This document shows, one piece after another, positions 28,145-39,424 of a stretch of 64,000 nucleotides of DNA (position 1 is its first letter; the number at the start of each line of letters is the position of its first letter). This DNA comes from Brevundimonas sp. (GTDB lineage Bacteria; Pseudomonadota; Alphaproteobacteria; Caulobacterales; Caulobacteraceae): positions 19,697 to 83,696 of the forward strand of contig NZ_DAMBRE010000008.1 of assembly GCF_032055285.1 (NCBI RefSeq), given 5' to 3'. The translations under genes and the position numbers were made by a program. The notes under the pieces are model-generated. The model was not told the origin of the DNA. It searched no databases and was given only the letters and a program-made list of their open reading frames with translations.

Positions 28145-29338
28145 ATGAAGATCGGCACGCCGCTTACCGACCACGCCACCCGCGTCATGCTGCTGGGCTC
28201 GGGCGAACTGGGCAAGGAGGTGGCCATCGAGCTGCAACGCCTCGGCGCCGAGGTGATCGCGGTCGACCGCTACGCCAACGCCCCGGCCATGCAGGTGGCG
28301 CACCGCAGTCACGTCATCCCCATGACCGACGCCCAGGTGCTGAACGGCGTCATCCTGGCCGAGGCGCCGCACATCATCGTGCCTGAGATCGAGGCCATCG
28401 CCACCGATGTGCTGGCGGGCATCGAGGAAGCGGGCTTTGCGCGCGTCATCCCCACCGCGCGGGCGACGCAGCTGACCATGAACCGCGAGGGCATCCGCCG
28501 TCTGGCCGCCGAGGAACTGGGCCTGCCGACCAGCCCCTACGCCTTCGCCGGATCGGCCGAGGAACTGGCGGGGGGCGCCGAGGCCGTCGGCTTCCCCTGC
28601 TTCGTCAAGCCGGTCATGTCGTCCTCGGGCAAGGGTCAGTCCTATGTCGAGAGCGCCGATCAGGTCGCGGACGCCTGGGCCTATGCGGAAGGCTCGGGTC
28701 GGGTCGCGGGCGGCCGGGTCATCGTCGAGGGCAAGATCGACTTCGACTATGAGATCACCCTGCTGACCGTGCGGTCTTTGCGCGACGGCGCCGTCCGCAC
28801 GGACTTCTGCGCCCCCATCGGCCATCGTCAGCAGAGGGGCGACTATGTCGAAAGCTGGCAGCCGCAGATCATGAGCGAGGCCGCGCTGAAGGCGGCGCAG
28901 GACATCGCGGGCAAGGTGACGGAGTCCCTGGGCGGTCTCGGCGCCTTCGGCGTCGAGCTGTTCGTCACCGGCGATCAGGTCTGGTTCTCCGAGGTCTCGC
29001 CGCGTCCGCACGATACGGGTCTGGTGACGCTTGCCACCCAGACCATGAGCGAGTTCGCCCTGCACGCCCGCGCCATCCTCGGCCTGCCGGTGGACGTCAC
29101 CCTGCGCGAGCCTGGCGCCAGCGCCGTCATCTACGGCGGTCTGGAGGCCGAGGGCGTGGTCTATGAAGGCGTGGCCGAGGCCCTGTCGGTCCCGACCGCC
29201 GACCTGCGCCTGTTCGGCAAGCCCGAGGCGTTTGAGCGCCGTCGCATGGGCGTGGCCCTGGCCCGCGGCGCCGACACGGATCAGGCCCGCCAGCGCGCGA
29301 CCGAAGCGGCGGGCAAGGTCCGCGTCGTCAGACCCTGA
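28145..29338 (+). CDS. purT: Formate-dependent GAR transformylase
   Basis: [29 protein letters not shown]... ATP-grasp, 397 aa. Confidence 0.93.
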   Translation: MKIGTPLTDHATRVMLLGSGELGKEVAIELQRLGAEVIAVDRYANAPAMQVAHRSHVIPMTDAQVLNGVILAEAPHIIVPEIEAIATDVLAGIEEAGFARVIPTARATQLTMNREGIRRLAAEELGLPTSPYAFAGSAEELAGGAEAVGFPCFVKPVMSSSGKGQSYVESADQVADAWAYAEGSGRVAGGRVIVEGKIDFDYEITLLTVRSLRDGAVRTDFCAPIGHRQQRGDYVESWQPQIMSEAALKAAQDIAGKVTESLGGLGAFGVELFVTGDQVWFSEVSPRPHDTGLVTLATQTMSEFALHARAILGLPVDVTLREPGASAVIYGGLEAEGVVYEGVAEALSVPTADLRLFGKPEAFERRRMGVALARGADTDQARQRATEAAGKVRVVRP

Positions 29339-29340
29339 CG

Positions 29341-29472
29341 CTTCTTTCCTCCCCATTGCATGGGGAGGGGGACCGCGTAGCGGTGGAGGGGCTGCTGCGC
29401 ATGGACGAGGAGGCCCCTCCGTCACGGGCGCTGCGCACCCGTGCCACCTCCCCATGAAATGGGGAGGAGAAA
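29341..29472. repeat. Family-A nested-palindrome repeat (copy A2)
   Basis: CCTCCCCAT-TGC-ATGGGGAGG ... GGTGGAGGGGC ... GCCCCTCCGTCAC ... CCTCCCCAT-GAA-ATGGGGAGG. Confidence 0.7.
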
Positions 29473-29602
29473 CGCCGCAAAGTTTGCCCTGACTGTAAAA
29501 TAAAGGCGCCGTCCTTCGACTTTAGTCGGTTGGCGCCGAGCCCCTAAAGGGTCCAGAAATGCCGAAAGGTCGCACCTAGTCGGCCCGGAGGACCGTTTCG
29601 CC

Positions 29603-31690
29603 ATGGGCAAGCTCAAGACCGCGCTAATTTTTGGCGCCATCGCCATTCTGGGGGCCATCGCCCTCGCCGTCATCGCCCTGCATCAGGGCGAGAGCATCAG
29701 CGCCGTCTGGATCGTGGTGGCGGCGCTGTGCGTCTACGCCATCGCCTATCGTTTCTACGCCCGCTATCTGGCCGGAAAGGTGATGGGGCTGAACGCGCGC
29801 AGGCCGACGCCTGCCGTGCGGCACAACGACGGGCTGGATTACGTTCCGACGCCGCGTAACGTCCTGTTCGGCCACCACTTCGCGGCCATTGCGGGCGCAG
29901 GGCCTCTGGTCGGGCCGGTGCTGGCGGCGCAGATGGGCTATCTGCCCGGCGTCTTGTGGATCCTCGTGGGGGCCGTTCTGGCGGGCGCGGTGCAGGACAT
30001 GATGGTCCTGTTCATGTCCACGCGGCGCGACGGTCGCTCTCTGGGCGACATGGTCCGCACCGAGATGGGCCCCATCCCCGGCATCATCGCCCAGGTCGGC
30101 GTCCTGATGATCATGGTCATCATCCTGGCGGTTCTGGCCCTGGTCGTGGTCAAGGCCCTGGCCGAAAGCCCGTGGGGCACCTTCACCGTGGCCGCCACCA
30201 TCCCCATCGCCGTCTTCATGGGCCTCTACACCCGCTATCTGCGGCCCGGCCGCGTGGGCGAGGTCTCGGTCATCGGCGTGGTTCTGCTGATCCTGGCCAT
30301 CATCGGCGGCGGTCACATCGCGGCCGATCCATTCTGGGGTCCGGCCTTCACCCTGTCGGGCACGACCCTGGCCATCGCCATGATGGCCTATGGCTTCGTC
30401 GCCTCGGTCATTCCGGTCTGGCTGCTGCTGGCCCCGCGCGACTACCTGTCCACCTTCCTGAAGATCGGCGCCATCCTGGCCCTGGCCGTCGGCATCCTGA
30501 TCGTGCGCCCGCACGTCCAGATGCCCGCCATCACCCCCTTCATCGACGGCACCGGCCCGGTCTTCTCCGGCGCCCTCTTCCCCTTCCTGTTCATCACCAT
30601 TGCTTGTGGAGCCGTCTCGGGCTTCCACGCCCTGATCTCGTCGGGCACCACGCCCAAGCTGCTGGAGAACGAGAACCAGATCCCGCTGATCGGCTATGGC
30701 GCCATGCTGTGCGAGAGCTTCGTGGCCATCATGGCCCTGATCGCCGCCACCGTGCTGGACCCGGCCGTCTACTTCGCCATGAACAGCCCGGTCGCGGTCA
30801 TCGGCGACAACGCGGCGTCCGCCGCCGCCGCCGTGGCCCAGTGGGGCTTCCACATCACCCCGGCCGAGCTGGAGCAACTGGCCCGCGACGTGGGCGAGCA
30901 CTCCATCCTGTCGCGCGCGGGCGGCGCCCCGACGCTGGCCGTCGGCATGGCGCACATTCTGTCGGGCGTCATCGGCGGCAAGGCCATGATGGCCTTCTGG
31001 TACCACTTCGCCATCCTGTTCGAGGCCCTGTTCATCCTGACCACGGTCGACGCCGGCACCCGCGTCTGCCGCTTCATGATCCAGGACCTGCTGGGCGTGG
31101 CCGTGCCCAAGATGCGCGAGACCAAGTCCTGGACCGCCAACGTCGTGGCCACGGCCCTGACGGTCAGCCTGTGGGGCTACTTCCTCTACACCGGCGTGGT
31201 CGACCCGCTGGGCGGCATCAACAGCCTGTGGCCGCTGTTCGGCATCGCCAACCAGATGCTGGCCGCCGTCGCCCTGATCCTGGGCACGGTCGTCCTGTTC
31301 AAGATGAAGCGCGAGCGCTTCGCCTGGGCCACGGCGGTCCCGGCGGTCTGGCTGCTGATCTGCACCCTGACGGCGGGCTTCCAGAAGCTGCTGCACCCTG
31401 ACGTCAAGATCGGCTTCCTGGCCCACGCGCGTAAGTATCAGGACGCCCTGACCGCCGGCGACATCCTGGCCCCGGCCAAGACGGCGGGCGACATGCACCG
31501 CATCATCATCAACGACTACGTCAACTCGGCCCTGACGGCGGGCTTCCTGTTCGTGGTCCTGACCATGGTGGTCTACGGCGTCCGCGCCTGCCTCAAGGCC
31601 CGGAAGATCAACCACCCGACCGTGGTCGAGCAACCCGCCGCCCACGAGCTGACGCTCGAGGACGAAGCCATGGACACGGCCCGTGCCTAG
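29603..31690 (+). CDS. cstA: Carbon starvation protein A (peptide/pyruvate transporter family)
   Basis: 695 aa, about 16-18 TM segments, GHHFAAIAGAGPLVGPVLAAQ motif. Confidence 0.93.
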   Translation: MGKLKTALIFGAIAILGAIALAVIALHQGESISAVWIVVAALCVYAIAYRFYARYLAGKVMGLNARRPTPAVRHNDGLDYVPTPRNVLFGHHFAAIAGAGPLVGPVLAAQMGYLPGVLWILVGAVLAGAVQDMMVLFMSTRRDGRSLGDMVRTEMGPIPGIIAQVGVLMIMVIILAVLALVVVKALAESPWGTFTVAATIPIAVFMGLYTRYLRPGRVGEVSVIGVVLLILAIIGGGHIAADPFWGPAFTLSGTTLAIAMMAYGFVASVIPVWLLLAPRDYLSTFLKIGAILALAVGILIVRPHVQMPAITPFIDGTGPVFSGALFPFLFITIACGAVSGFHALISSGTTPKLLENENQIPLIGYGAMLCESFVAIMALIAATVLDPAVYFAMNSPVAVIGDNAASAAAAVAQWGFHITPAELEQLARDVGEHSILSRAGGAPTLAVGMAHILSGVIGGKAMMAFWYHFAILFEALFILTTVDAGTRVCRFMIQDLLGVAVPKMRETKSWTANVVATALTVSLWGYFLYTGVVDPLGGINSLWPLFGIANQMLAAVALILGTVVLFKMKRERFAWATAVPAVWLLICTLTAGFQKLLHPDVKIGFLAHARKYQDALTAGDILAPAKTAGDMHRIIINDYVNSALTAGFLFVVLTMVVYGVRACLKARKINHPTVVEQPAAHELTLEDEAMDTARA

Positions 31691-31928
31691 GCCCGCCCCG
31701 CAGGACAGCGGCGCAGACCTGCTTTGCGTCTGCCGGGATGCCCTGGTGCGGTGGGGCAAGGACGCCCGCCGCACCGCCAGCCTCATGGTCGGCCAGCCCG
31801 ACTATGAGGTCTATGTCGCCCACGCCGAAGCGACGCACCCCGAGCAGCCGCCGCTGGACCGTACCGCCTTCTTCCGCCTGCACGAGGCGCGGCGCTTCGG
31901 CGGCTCAGGCGGCTTTCGCTGCTGCTAA
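31683..31928 (+). CDS. YbdD/YjiX family small protein (DUF466)
   Basis: MVGQPDYEVYVAHAEATHPEQPPLDRTAFFRLHEARRFGG...RCC. It overlaps the cstA end, which is the usual cstA partner arrangement. Confidence 0.75.
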   Translation: MPRPAPQDSGADLLCVCRDALVRWGKDARRTASLMVGQPDYEVYVAHAEATHPEQPPLDRTAFFRLHEARRFGGSGGFRCC

Positions 31929-33173
31929 GGCCGCAGCCGCAGCCCGCCGGGCGCTGACAGCCTCGACGGCGGCGTCCAGCGCCGGGTCACGCTGGACCCG
32001 GCGGTCCTCGGGACTGGTTTCGGCCTCCAGGTCAGGGATGACGCCCTGCTTCTCCAGCCGTGTCCCGCCTATGGTGATGAAGTCGAAACGACTGAGGATC
32101 ATCCGCCCCCCATCGGGCAGGTCTGTCTCCTGGGCGATCAGCACAGCGCCCGCCGTCTTGCGCCCCACGATCAGCGCTCGCCCGGCTTCCTGAAGTGCAG
32201 CGGGGGTCAGTTCGGCCGCGCTGCGGCTGGAAGCATCCACCAGCACCACCACCTCGTTCGCCGCTGGTCGGCGCAAGGAACCGCAGCCCCCGCTGGTCCG
32301 CATCACCGCGTGACGCCCTGATCGCGCCGTCCGTGTCGCCCATGCCCGCCCCCGCGGCAGGAAGCAGGACAGGACCGCGTCCGCCTCGGCCAGATGCCCG
32401 CCCGGATTGCCCCTCAGGTCCAGAATGACGGCATCGTCCGCAGGAATGGCGGCCAGTTGCTCGCCCATCCACGCCCCCAGGCCGGGGCGGAAGGCCGCAA
32501 TGGTCAGAACCGCCACCCCCGGCCGCGTCCGGTCCGCGATGAACAGGGGCGGCGGTTCCATGACGCGCGGCGTCAGGGTGATGTCGCGGCGCACGCCCGC
32601 ATCGTCCAGCAAGCCCAGACGAGTGGGGCGTCCGTCCACGACCTCCAAATCCGGGCCCCAGGTTTCGCCGTCCACATCGGCCAGCACCCAGCCCGGCATG
32701 ACGCCCGCCGCCTCGGCCGGCGAGCCGGCCCGCACCTGTTCGATGCGCCAGACGCCGCTATCCTGCAGCGCCAGGGTCACCCCCATGACCGCCCGGCTCA
32801 GACGGGCTGCGTCCTGACGGCGCGCGGCGGCGGGTTCCATGACATTGGCATGGGTGTCGTCCAGCAGCCGCAGCATGGACCGCAGGGCGGCGTAAAGGGC
32901 GCGGTCGGTCGTCGCGGCCAGGGCCTGGGGTCGCCACGCCTCACCGGCCGCGTCCCAGTCCACGCCATGCAGACCTGGATCGTAGTAGCGGTCGCGGACC
33001 TCCTTCCACACGCCGTCAAAGATGCGGACGTTCATCGCCAAACGCTCAGTCGTCGGTGCCTCTACGGCGACGCTGGCGACCGTCGCCTCCTGCACCCGCG
33101 CGACCGCAGGCGCGCCACCCCCCGTCACAAAGGCGGCGACAGCCAGAATGCAAAGACGGGCGGACAATCTCAT
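31905..33173 (-). CDS. S41 family peptidase (PDZ-containing, secreted)
   Basis: ILDLRGNPGGHL, SRSAAEL and GRKTAGA motifs; signal peptide. Confidence 0.8.
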   Translation of the reverse strand: MRLSARLCILAVAAFVTGGGAPAVARVQEATVASVAVEAPTTERLAMNVRIFDGVWKEVRDRYYDPGLHGVDWDAAGEAWRPQALAATTDRALYAALRSMLRLLDDTHANVMEPAAARRQDAARLSRAVMGVTLALQDSGVWRIEQVRAGSPAEAAGVMPGWVLADVDGETWGPDLEVVDGRPTRLGLLDDAGVRRDITLTPRVMEPPPLFIADRTRPGVAVLTIAAFRPGLGAWMGEQLAAIPADDAVILDLRGNPGGHLAEADAVLSCFLPRGRAWATRTARSGRHAVMRTSGGCGSLRRPAANEVVVLVDASSRSAAELTPAALQEAGRALIVGRKTAGAVLIAQETDLPDGGRMILSRFDFITIGGTRLEKQGVIPDLEAETSPEDRRVQRDPALDAAVEAVSARRAAAAALAAAKAA

Positions 33174-33280
33174 GAACTCAGGATAGCCGCACGCCCCGTG
33201 CGCTCAACCGCCATATGCGCGTCAGCCGCCTTACACAGAGTTCACTCGCCAAGGCGGAGCGACGGCATAAGCTGACGGAC

Positions 33281-34576
33281 ATGAAAGCCCTCGCCCTCAG
33301 CCTCATCGCCGCCCTGCTGCTCGCCGCCTCGCCCGTCCTGGCGCGACAGGCCGAGGCCCCGGCCGCCCCCCGCGTCGTCGTCGGTCAGATCGCCGCCGCC
33401 ATCCGCGACGCCTATTTCGACCCCGCCAAGGCCGAGACCATCGCCACGGCCCTGGAAACCGAGGCCGCCGCGGGCCGCTACGACGCCCTGACCGATCCCC
33501 GCGATCTGGAAACGGCCCTGACCGCGCGGCTGGAACCCTACGACCAGCATTTCAGCGTGGGCCGCCCTGCACCGTCAGGCTCCGCTCCCGCCCGGTCGAC
33601 GACGGCTTCGTCGGGCCTCGTCCCCGTGCCATTCCCCGTGGTCGCCGCCCGCAGCGGGCAAGGCTTCCGCGCGGTTCAGATCCTGCCCGGCAATGTAGGC
33701 CTGATCGAGATGCGCTTCTTCGGGAATTTCGAGGGACCCGACGATCCCGCCCGCAAACAGGTCGACGCCGCGCTTCAACTGGTTTCCAACACCGATGCGG
33801 TCATCATCGACCTGCGCAACAACGGCGGCGGTTCGCCCGCCATGGTCGGCTATCTGGTCAGCGCCTTCGTCGGGCCGGACGCCGACGTCTATAACCGCTT
33901 CCATTCGCGCGAGGGCGAAAGCCGCGAAGCCCCGGCCCAGCCCTACGCCGCCCCGCGCGTGGACGTGCCGGTCTATGTCCTGATCAGCGGCCGCACCGGC
34001 TCGGCGGCCGAAGCCTTCGCCTACACGATGCAGGCCGCCGGGCGCGCCGTCATCGTCGGCGAGACCTCGGGCGGCGCGGCCAATCCGGGCGGCCCCGTCT
34101 TCACGCCCTCGGGCTATCGCGTCTTCATCTCCACCGGCTCGCCGACCAATCCCCTGACCGGCGGCAACTGGGAGAAGGTCGGCGTCCGCCCCGACGTGGC
34201 TGTTCCCGCCGAGGACGCGCTGAAAACCGCCTGGAAGGCCGCCCTCGCCAACCAGCCCGACGCTGCGCCCGCCGCCGTGATCGAGGCGGCCTGGGTGGGC
34301 GATGCGCTCGACGCCCCCGTCCTGTCGGTCGACCCCGCCGCCTACCTCGGCGCCTATGGCGGTTCGGTGGTTCAGGCCAGCGCCGACGGGCTGACCTGGC
34401 GCAACGAGCGCCGCCCCGCCTGGCGTCTGCGCCCCCTGTCGCCCGACCTCTTCTTTGACGTGGACGAGCCCTATCGCCGCATCCGCTTCGTGCGCGACGA
34501 GGCGGGCCGCGTCACGGCGCTTGAGGTTCTCGACAGCCAGACCGGGGTCAGCCGACTGCTGCGCCGCTCCGCCTAG
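33281..34576 (+). CDS. S41 family peptidase (IRBP-like, secreted)
   Basis: [25 protein letters not shown] and [11 protein letters not shown]; signal [24 protein letters not shown] 33281 lies inside the 33215 ORF. Confidence 0.8.
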   Translation: MKALALSLIAALLLAASPVLARQAEAPAAPRVVVGQIAAAIRDAYFDPAKAETIATALETEAAAGRYDALTDPRDLETALTARLEPYDQHFSVGRPAPSGSAPARSTTASSGLVPVPFPVVAARSGQGFRAVQILPGNVGLIEMRFFGNFEGPDDPARKQVDAALQLVSNTDAVIIDLRNNGGGSPAMVGYLVSAFVGPDADVYNRFHSREGESREAPAQPYAAPRVDVPVYVLISGRTGSAAEAFAYTMQAAGRAVIVGETSGGAANPGGPVFTPSGYRVFISTGSPTNPLTGGNWEKVGVRPDVAVPAEDALKTAWKAALANQPDAAPAAVIEAAWVGDALDAPVLSVDPAAYLGAYGGSVVQASADGLTWRNERRPAWRLRPLSPDLFFDVDEPYRRIRFVRDEAGRVTALEVLDSQTGVSRLLRRSA

Positions 34577-34691
34577 GTTTGGGTTCGGTTACACCCGATC
34601 ACACCTTGTTACGGGCGCGGGGTTGAATCGTGACGCCGATAGTCCGAGAAGGCATCCAACTAAAAACCGTCCTTGCTCAGGAGACCTCCCC

Positions 34692-35699
34692 ATGACCGTT
34701 CGCGTCGCCATCAACGGCTTCGGCCGCATCGGCCGCCTCGTGCTTCGCTCGATCGTCGAGCATGGCCGCAAGGACATCGAGGTCGTGGCGATCAACGACC
34801 TGGGCCCGGTCGAGACCAACGCCCACCTGCTGCGCTACGACTCGGTGCACGGCCGCTTCCCCGGCACCGTGACCTCGGGCGAGGACTGGATCGACGTCGG
34901 CACCGGCAAGATCAAGGTCACCGCCGAGCGCGACCCGGCCAACCTGCCGCACGCCGAACTGAAGGTCGACATCGCCTTCGAGTGCACCGGCATCTTCACC
35001 TCCAAGGACAAGGCCTCGGCCCACCTGAAGGCCGGCGCCAAGCGCGTCCTGGTCTCGGCGCCGGCCGACAACGCCGACAAGACCATCGTCTTCAAGGTCA
35101 ACCATGAGACCCTGACCGCCGACGACATCGTCGTGTCCAACGGCTCGTGCACCACCAACGCCCTGGCCCCCGTGGCCAAGGTGCTGAACGACCTGTTCGG
35201 CATCGAGCGCGGCTACATGACCACCATCCACGCCTACACCGGCGACCAGCCGACGCTGGATACGATGCACAAGGACCTGTACCGCGGCCGCGCCGCCGCC
35301 CTGTCCATGATCCCGACCTCGACCGGCGCCGCCAAGGCCCTGGGACTGGTCCTGCCGGAACTGAAGGGCAAGCTGGACGGCTCGTCGATCCGCGTCCCGA
35401 CCCCGAACGTCTCGGTCGTGGACCTGAAGGTCGTCGCCGCCCGCGACGTGACCGTCGAGGAAATCAACGCCGCCCTGCAAGCCGCCGCCGACGGTCCGAT
35501 GAACGGCGTCCTGTTCACCACGACCGACCCGCTGGTCTCGTCGGACCTGAACCACATCGCCGCCTCCTCGACCGCCGCCCTGCCGCAGACGCAAGTCATC
35601 GACGGCAAGCTGGCCCGCGTCCTGAGCTGGTACGACAACGAATGGGGCTTCGCGACCCGCATGGCCGACACCGCCTTGGTGATGGCCAAGTTCCTGTAA
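34692..35699 (+). CDS. gap: Glyceraldehyde-3-phosphate dehydrogenase
   Basis: [19 protein letters not shown]..., SCTTNALAP active site, 335 aa. Confidence 0.95.
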   Translation: MTVRVAINGFGRIGRLVLRSIVEHGRKDIEVVAINDLGPVETNAHLLRYDSVHGRFPGTVTSGEDWIDVGTGKIKVTAERDPANLPHAELKVDIAFECTGIFTSKDKASAHLKAGAKRVLVSAPADNADKTIVFKVNHETLTADDIVVSNGSCTTNALAPVAKVLNDLFGIERGYMTTIHAYTGDQPTLDTMHKDLYRGRAAALSMIPTSTGAAKALGLVLPELKGKLDGSSIRVPTPNVSVVDLKVVAARDVTVEEINAALQAAADGPMNGVLFTTTDPLVSSDLNHIAASSTAALPQTQVIDGKLARVLSWYDNEWGFATRMADTALVMAKFL

Positions 35700-35707
35700 G
35701 ACGAAAC

Positions 35708-36218
35708 GCTGAGCCCTCTCCCGATGGGAGAGGGCTTGAGCGCCCAAGAGCCAAAGGCGATTGGTTGCGCGAAAGGGTGAGAGTCGGCGGCCATGACTGT
35801 GGAACGCACCGCCTTCGCCCGCACGCTTCGACAAGACGCCGGACTGGCCGAACAGCGCGTCTGGGCCTTGCTGCGAGGTGGCCGGATCGACGGCCACAAG
35901 TTCCGCCGCCAGCATCCGATCAGCCGATATGTCGCGGATTTCGCCTGCGACCACCTGCGATTGGTGATCGAGATCGACGGCGGCGTCCATGATCGGGACG
36001 AGGTCGTGACCAGCGATCACCTGAGGCAGACCGAGCTTGAAGCCCTAGGATGGACCATCTTCCGCTTCACCGACACCCAGGTGTTGAGCGAGCCCGAGCT
36101 CATCGCCGCCGCCATTCGCGCGCACGCAGCTTGATCACACCCTGACCACGGCTTACGCCGACTGATACGTTCGACCTTCATCCGGCCCTGCGGGCCACCT
36201 TCTCCCACAGGGAGAAGG
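35708..36218 (+). mobile_element. DUF559 cassette bounded by structured repeat ends (fills the gap-pgk spacer)
   Basis: Left end GAGCCCTCTCCC-GAT-GGGAGAGGGCTT..., right end ...CCGGCCCTGCGGGCCACCTTCTCCC-ACA-GGGAGAAGG. Both ends recur, inverted and without the ORF, at 57538-57716. Confidence 0.45.
35793..36134 (+). CDS. DUF559 (Vsr-like endonuclease fold) protein
   Basis: RTLRQDAGLAEQRVWALLRGGRIDGHKFRRQHPISRYVADFAC...LVIEIDGGVH...D..R...L...GW.IFRF is the DUF559 pattern. Confidence 0.85.
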   Translation: MTVERTAFARTLRQDAGLAEQRVWALLRGGRIDGHKFRRQHPISRYVADFACDHLRLVIEIDGGVHDRDEVVTSDHLRQTELEALGWTIFRFTDTQVLSEPELIAAAIRAHAA

Positions 36219-36237
36219 AAGACCTGGAAATGCCACC

Positions 36238-37431
36238 ATGACCTTCCGCACCCTCGACGACGCCGCTGACCTGTCCGGCCGGACCGCTCTGGTCCGCGTG
36301 GACTTCAACGTGCCGATGGAGGACGGCAAGGTCACCGACGACACCCGTCTGAAGGCCGCCCTGCCGACCATCCACCGCCTGCGCGAAGCCGGCGCCAAGG
36401 TCGTCCTGCTGGCCCATTTCGACCGTCCCAAGGGCGAGCGTGTGGCCTCGATGAGCCTGCGCCCCGTGGTCGAACCGCTTGAGCTGCTGCTGCACGGCCC
36501 CGTCCGCTTCGCCGACGACTGCGTGGGCGACGAGGCCAAGGCCGCCGTGGCCGATCTGGACGCCGGCGGCGTGCTGCTGCTGGAGAACGTCCGTTTCCAC
36601 AAGGGCGAGGAAAAGAACGACCCGGCCTTCGCCGCCCAGCTGGCGGAACTGGGCGACATCTATGTCAACGACGCCTTCTCGGCCGCTCACCGCGCCCACG
36701 CCTCGACCGAGGGTCTGGCTCGCTTGCTGCCCGCCTACGCCGGTGAAGCCATGAAGCGCGAGCTGCAAGCCCTCGACGCCGCCCTCGGCGCCCCGCAGAA
36801 GCCCGTTATCGGCATCGTCGGCGGCGCCAAGGTCTCCACCAAGCTGGACCTGCTCAAGAACCTGGTCGCCAAGCTGGACTACCTGGCCATCGGCGGCGGC
36901 ATGGCCAACACCTTCCTGCACGCCCAGGGCGTCGATGTCGGCGGCTCGCTGTGCGAGAAGGACCTGGCCGACACCGCCCTCGAAATCATCGAGGAAGCCC
37001 GTCAGAAGGGCTGCGAGCTGCTGCTGCCGGTCGACGTCGTGGTGGCCAAGGGCGTCAAGCCGGGCATCGAGTCGGGCGTCCGCGCCCTGGACCGCATCGC
37101 CGCCGACGACCTGATCCTGGACGCCGGTCCCGAGACCGTCGCCCGCCTGAACCGCGCCATGGACCTGTCGAAGACCCTGATCTGGAACGGCCCGCTGGGC
37201 GTGTTCGAGGTCCCGCCCTTCGACAAGGCCACGGTGGCCGCGGCCAAACACGCCGCCGAACTGGCCCATGCCGGCAAGCTGATCGCCGTGGCCGGCGGCG
37301 GCGACACCGTCGCGGCCCTGAACCACGCGGGCACGGCCGACGACATGACCTTCGTCTCCACCGCCGGCGGGGCCTTCCTGGAATGGATGGAAGGCAAGGT
37401 TCTGCCGGGCGTCGAGGCCCTGCGCGCCTGA
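36238..37431 (+). CDS. pgk: Phosphoglycerate kinase
   Basis: 397 aa, [14 protein letters not shown]-like C-terminal motif [10 protein letters not shown]. Confidence 0.95.
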   Translation: MTFRTLDDAADLSGRTALVRVDFNVPMEDGKVTDDTRLKAALPTIHRLREAGAKVVLLAHFDRPKGERVASMSLRPVVEPLELLLHGPVRFADDCVGDEAKAAVADLDAGGVLLLENVRFHKGEEKNDPAFAAQLAELGDIYVNDAFSAAHRAHASTEGLARLLPAYAGEAMKRELQALDAALGAPQKPVIGIVGGAKVSTKLDLLKNLVAKLDYLAIGGGMANTFLHAQGVDVGGSLCEKDLADTALEIIEEARQKGCELLLPVDVVVAKGVKPGIESGVRALDRIAADDLILDAGPETVARLNRAMDLSKTLIWNGPLGVFEVPPFDKATVAAAKHAAELAHAGKLIAVAGGGDTVAALNHAGTADDMTFVSTAGGAFLEWMEGKVLPGVEALRA

Positions 37432-37454
37432 CCTGACCTTGTCAGACTTCTGGA

Positions 37455-37482
37455 CCCCGCCTCCTTGCAGAGGCGGGGTTTT
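37455..37482 (+). terminator. Intrinsic terminator after pgk
   Basis: CCCCGCCTC-CTTGCA-GAGGCGGGG followed by TTTT. Confidence 0.65.
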
Positions 37483-37592
37483 CCTTATCTTCTGCTTCAG
37501 CGAACGCCGGATTGGTCTGGTGACCCGGCGTGACTTCCTCGGCCCTTCGGGCTAAAGCCTCGGCAAAATAATACCGGCTCAGGAGAATACCC

Positions 37593-38657
37593 ATGGCGCG
37601 CATCACGCTGCGACAACTGCTCGACCACGCGGCGGAGCACGACTACGGCCTGCCAGCCTACAACATCAACAACATGGAGCAGGGTCTGGCGATCATGGAG
37701 GCGGCCCACGAGGTCAACGCCCCGGTCATCATCCAGGCCTCGCGCGGCGCCCGCAACTACGCCAACGACATCATCCTGGCCAAGCTGATCGACGGCCTGG
37801 CCGAGCTCTATCCGCACATCCCGGTCTGCATGCACCAGGACCACGGCAACGGCCCGGCGACCTGCGCCACCGCCATCCAGTACGGTTTCACCTCGGTGAT
37901 GATGGACGGCTCGCTGGAAGAAGACGCCAAGACCCCCGCCTCCTACGAATACAATGTCGACGTCACCCGTCGCGTCACCGAAATGGCCCACTCCTGCGGC
38001 GTCTCGGTCGAGGGTGAACTGGGCGTGCTCGGCTCGCTGGAAACCGGCATGGGCGAGGCCGAAGACGGCCACGGCTTCGAAGGCAAGCTGGACCACTCGC
38101 AACTGCTGACCGACCCGGATCAGGCCGTCGACTTCGTCAAGGCCACCAAGGTCGACGCTCTGGCGATTGCGATGGGCACCTCGCACGGCGCCTACAAGTT
38201 CACGCGCCAGCCGGACGGCGACGTTCTGGCCATGAACGTGATCGAGGAAATCCACCGCCGCCTGCCCAACACCCACCTGGTGATGCACGGCTCGTCCTCG
38301 GTGCCGCAGGACCTGCAGGACATCATCAACGCCTACGGCGGCCAGATGCCCCAGACCTGGGGCGTGCCGGTCGAAGAGATCCAGCGCGGCATCAAGCACG
38401 GCGTGCGCAAGATCAACATCGACACCGACAACCGCATGGCCATCACCGGCGCTATCCGTAAGGTCCTGGCCGAGAAGCCCAGCGAGTTCGACCCGCGCGC
38501 CTATCTGAAGCCCGCCAAGGAAGCCATGCGCAAGCTGTGCATCGAGCGCTACCAGCAGTTCGGCTGCGAAGGCCAGGCGTCCAAGATCAAGCCCTTGTCC
38601 ACCGCCCAGATGGCCAAGCGCTACGCCGCCGGCGACCTGGACCCGCGCATCGGCTGA
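37593..38657 (+). CDS. fba: Class II fructose-bisphosphate aldolase (CbbA type)
   Basis: [30 protein letters not shown]..., 354 aa; AGGAGA SD. Confidence 0.93.
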   Translation: MARITLRQLLDHAAEHDYGLPAYNINNMEQGLAIMEAAHEVNAPVIIQASRGARNYANDIILAKLIDGLAELYPHIPVCMHQDHGNGPATCATAIQYGFTSVMMDGSLEEDAKTPASYEYNVDVTRRVTEMAHSCGVSVEGELGVLGSLETGMGEAEDGHGFEGKLDHSQLLTDPDQAVDFVKATKVDALAIAMGTSHGAYKFTRQPDGDVLAMNVIEEIHRRLPNTHLVMHGSSSVPQDLQDIINAYGGQMPQTWGVPVEEIQRGIKHGVRKINIDTDNRMAITGAIRKVLAEKPSEFDPRAYLKPAKEAMRKLCIERYQQFGCEGQASKIKPLSTAQMAKRYAAGDLDPRIG

Positions 38658-38686
38658 TCGGCTCCGCCAGCGCTAGACTGACTGAA

Positions 38687-38724
38687 ACGCCCGCCTTCTC
38701 GCCGAAGGCGGGCGTCGTCGTTTT
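38687..38724. terminator. Hairpin terminator between convergent fba and DUF2799 genes
   Basis: ACGCCCGCCTT-CTCGCCG-AAGGCGGGCGT followed by CGTCGTTTT. Confidence 0.6.
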
Positions 38725-39362
38725 CACCAGACCCCGTAGCGCCCGCCGATGGCGCCGATCACCGCCCGCGCCTCGATCTCGGCGTGGCGCAGGTCGCTCT
38801 CGGCCTGCCGCGCGTCACGACGCGCATCACGGATTTCCCCGCGCACCTCGCGGATGCGGTCACGGATGCGCTGACGCTGCTCGTCGCTCAGCCCCTCCTG
38901 GCGCAGTTCCCGTTCCTTGGCCTCCAGTTTGTCCTCGCGGTCGTCGATCCGGCTGACAGCCGAGTTCAGCGCGCTTTCCGCCGACGACACCGCCTGCTCG
39001 ACCACATAGATCCGCCGCCCGTCCTCATAGGCGGGCAGGAAGTCGCGCTCTTCGGCGGGCGAACAGACCCCGCCATAGCTGTTGCCCTGCCGCCCCTGAC
39101 GGAAGCCGCTCTCCCAGGTGCAATAGGTCCGCAGCCCGTCCTCGCGCGCCGACAGATAGGCGCTGGGGTTCGGCGCCGCGCCATACTTGGCGCAGGCCTG
39201 GGCGTGGTCGTCCAGCCGGCTGGGGCGATAGCCCGACAGCCCGTCCTGATAGCCCTTCTCGCCCCAGGCCCCCGCCAGGCACTGCTCCTTGGTCATGGTG
39301 GTGCAGCTGGCCAACAGGGCCAGGCCCGTCATGGCGACGGCGGCGGCGATCATCAGTTTCAT
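38724..39362 (-). CDS. DUF2799 lipoprotein with C-terminal coiled coil
   Basis: Lipobox LALLASC, then the repeated Cys-containing W..G..DG motifs of DUF2799. ATG 39362 lies inside the 39404 ORF. Confidence 0.7.
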   Translation of the reverse strand: MKLMIAAAVAMTGLALLASCTTMTKEQCLAGAWGEKGYQDGLSGYRPSRLDDHAQACAKYGAAPNPSAYLSAREDGLRTYCTWESGFRQGRQGNSYGGVCSPAEERDFLPAYEDGRRIYVVEQAVSSAESALNSAVSRIDDREDKLEAKERELRQEGLSDEQRQRIRDRIREVRGEIRDARRDARQAESDLRHAEIEARAVIGAIGGRYGVW

Positions 39363-39424
39363 GCCCGTCTCCCCTAAAGCTTGACCGCGGTCAGTGGACG
39401 ACATGACGACCCACCCGGCAAGCC

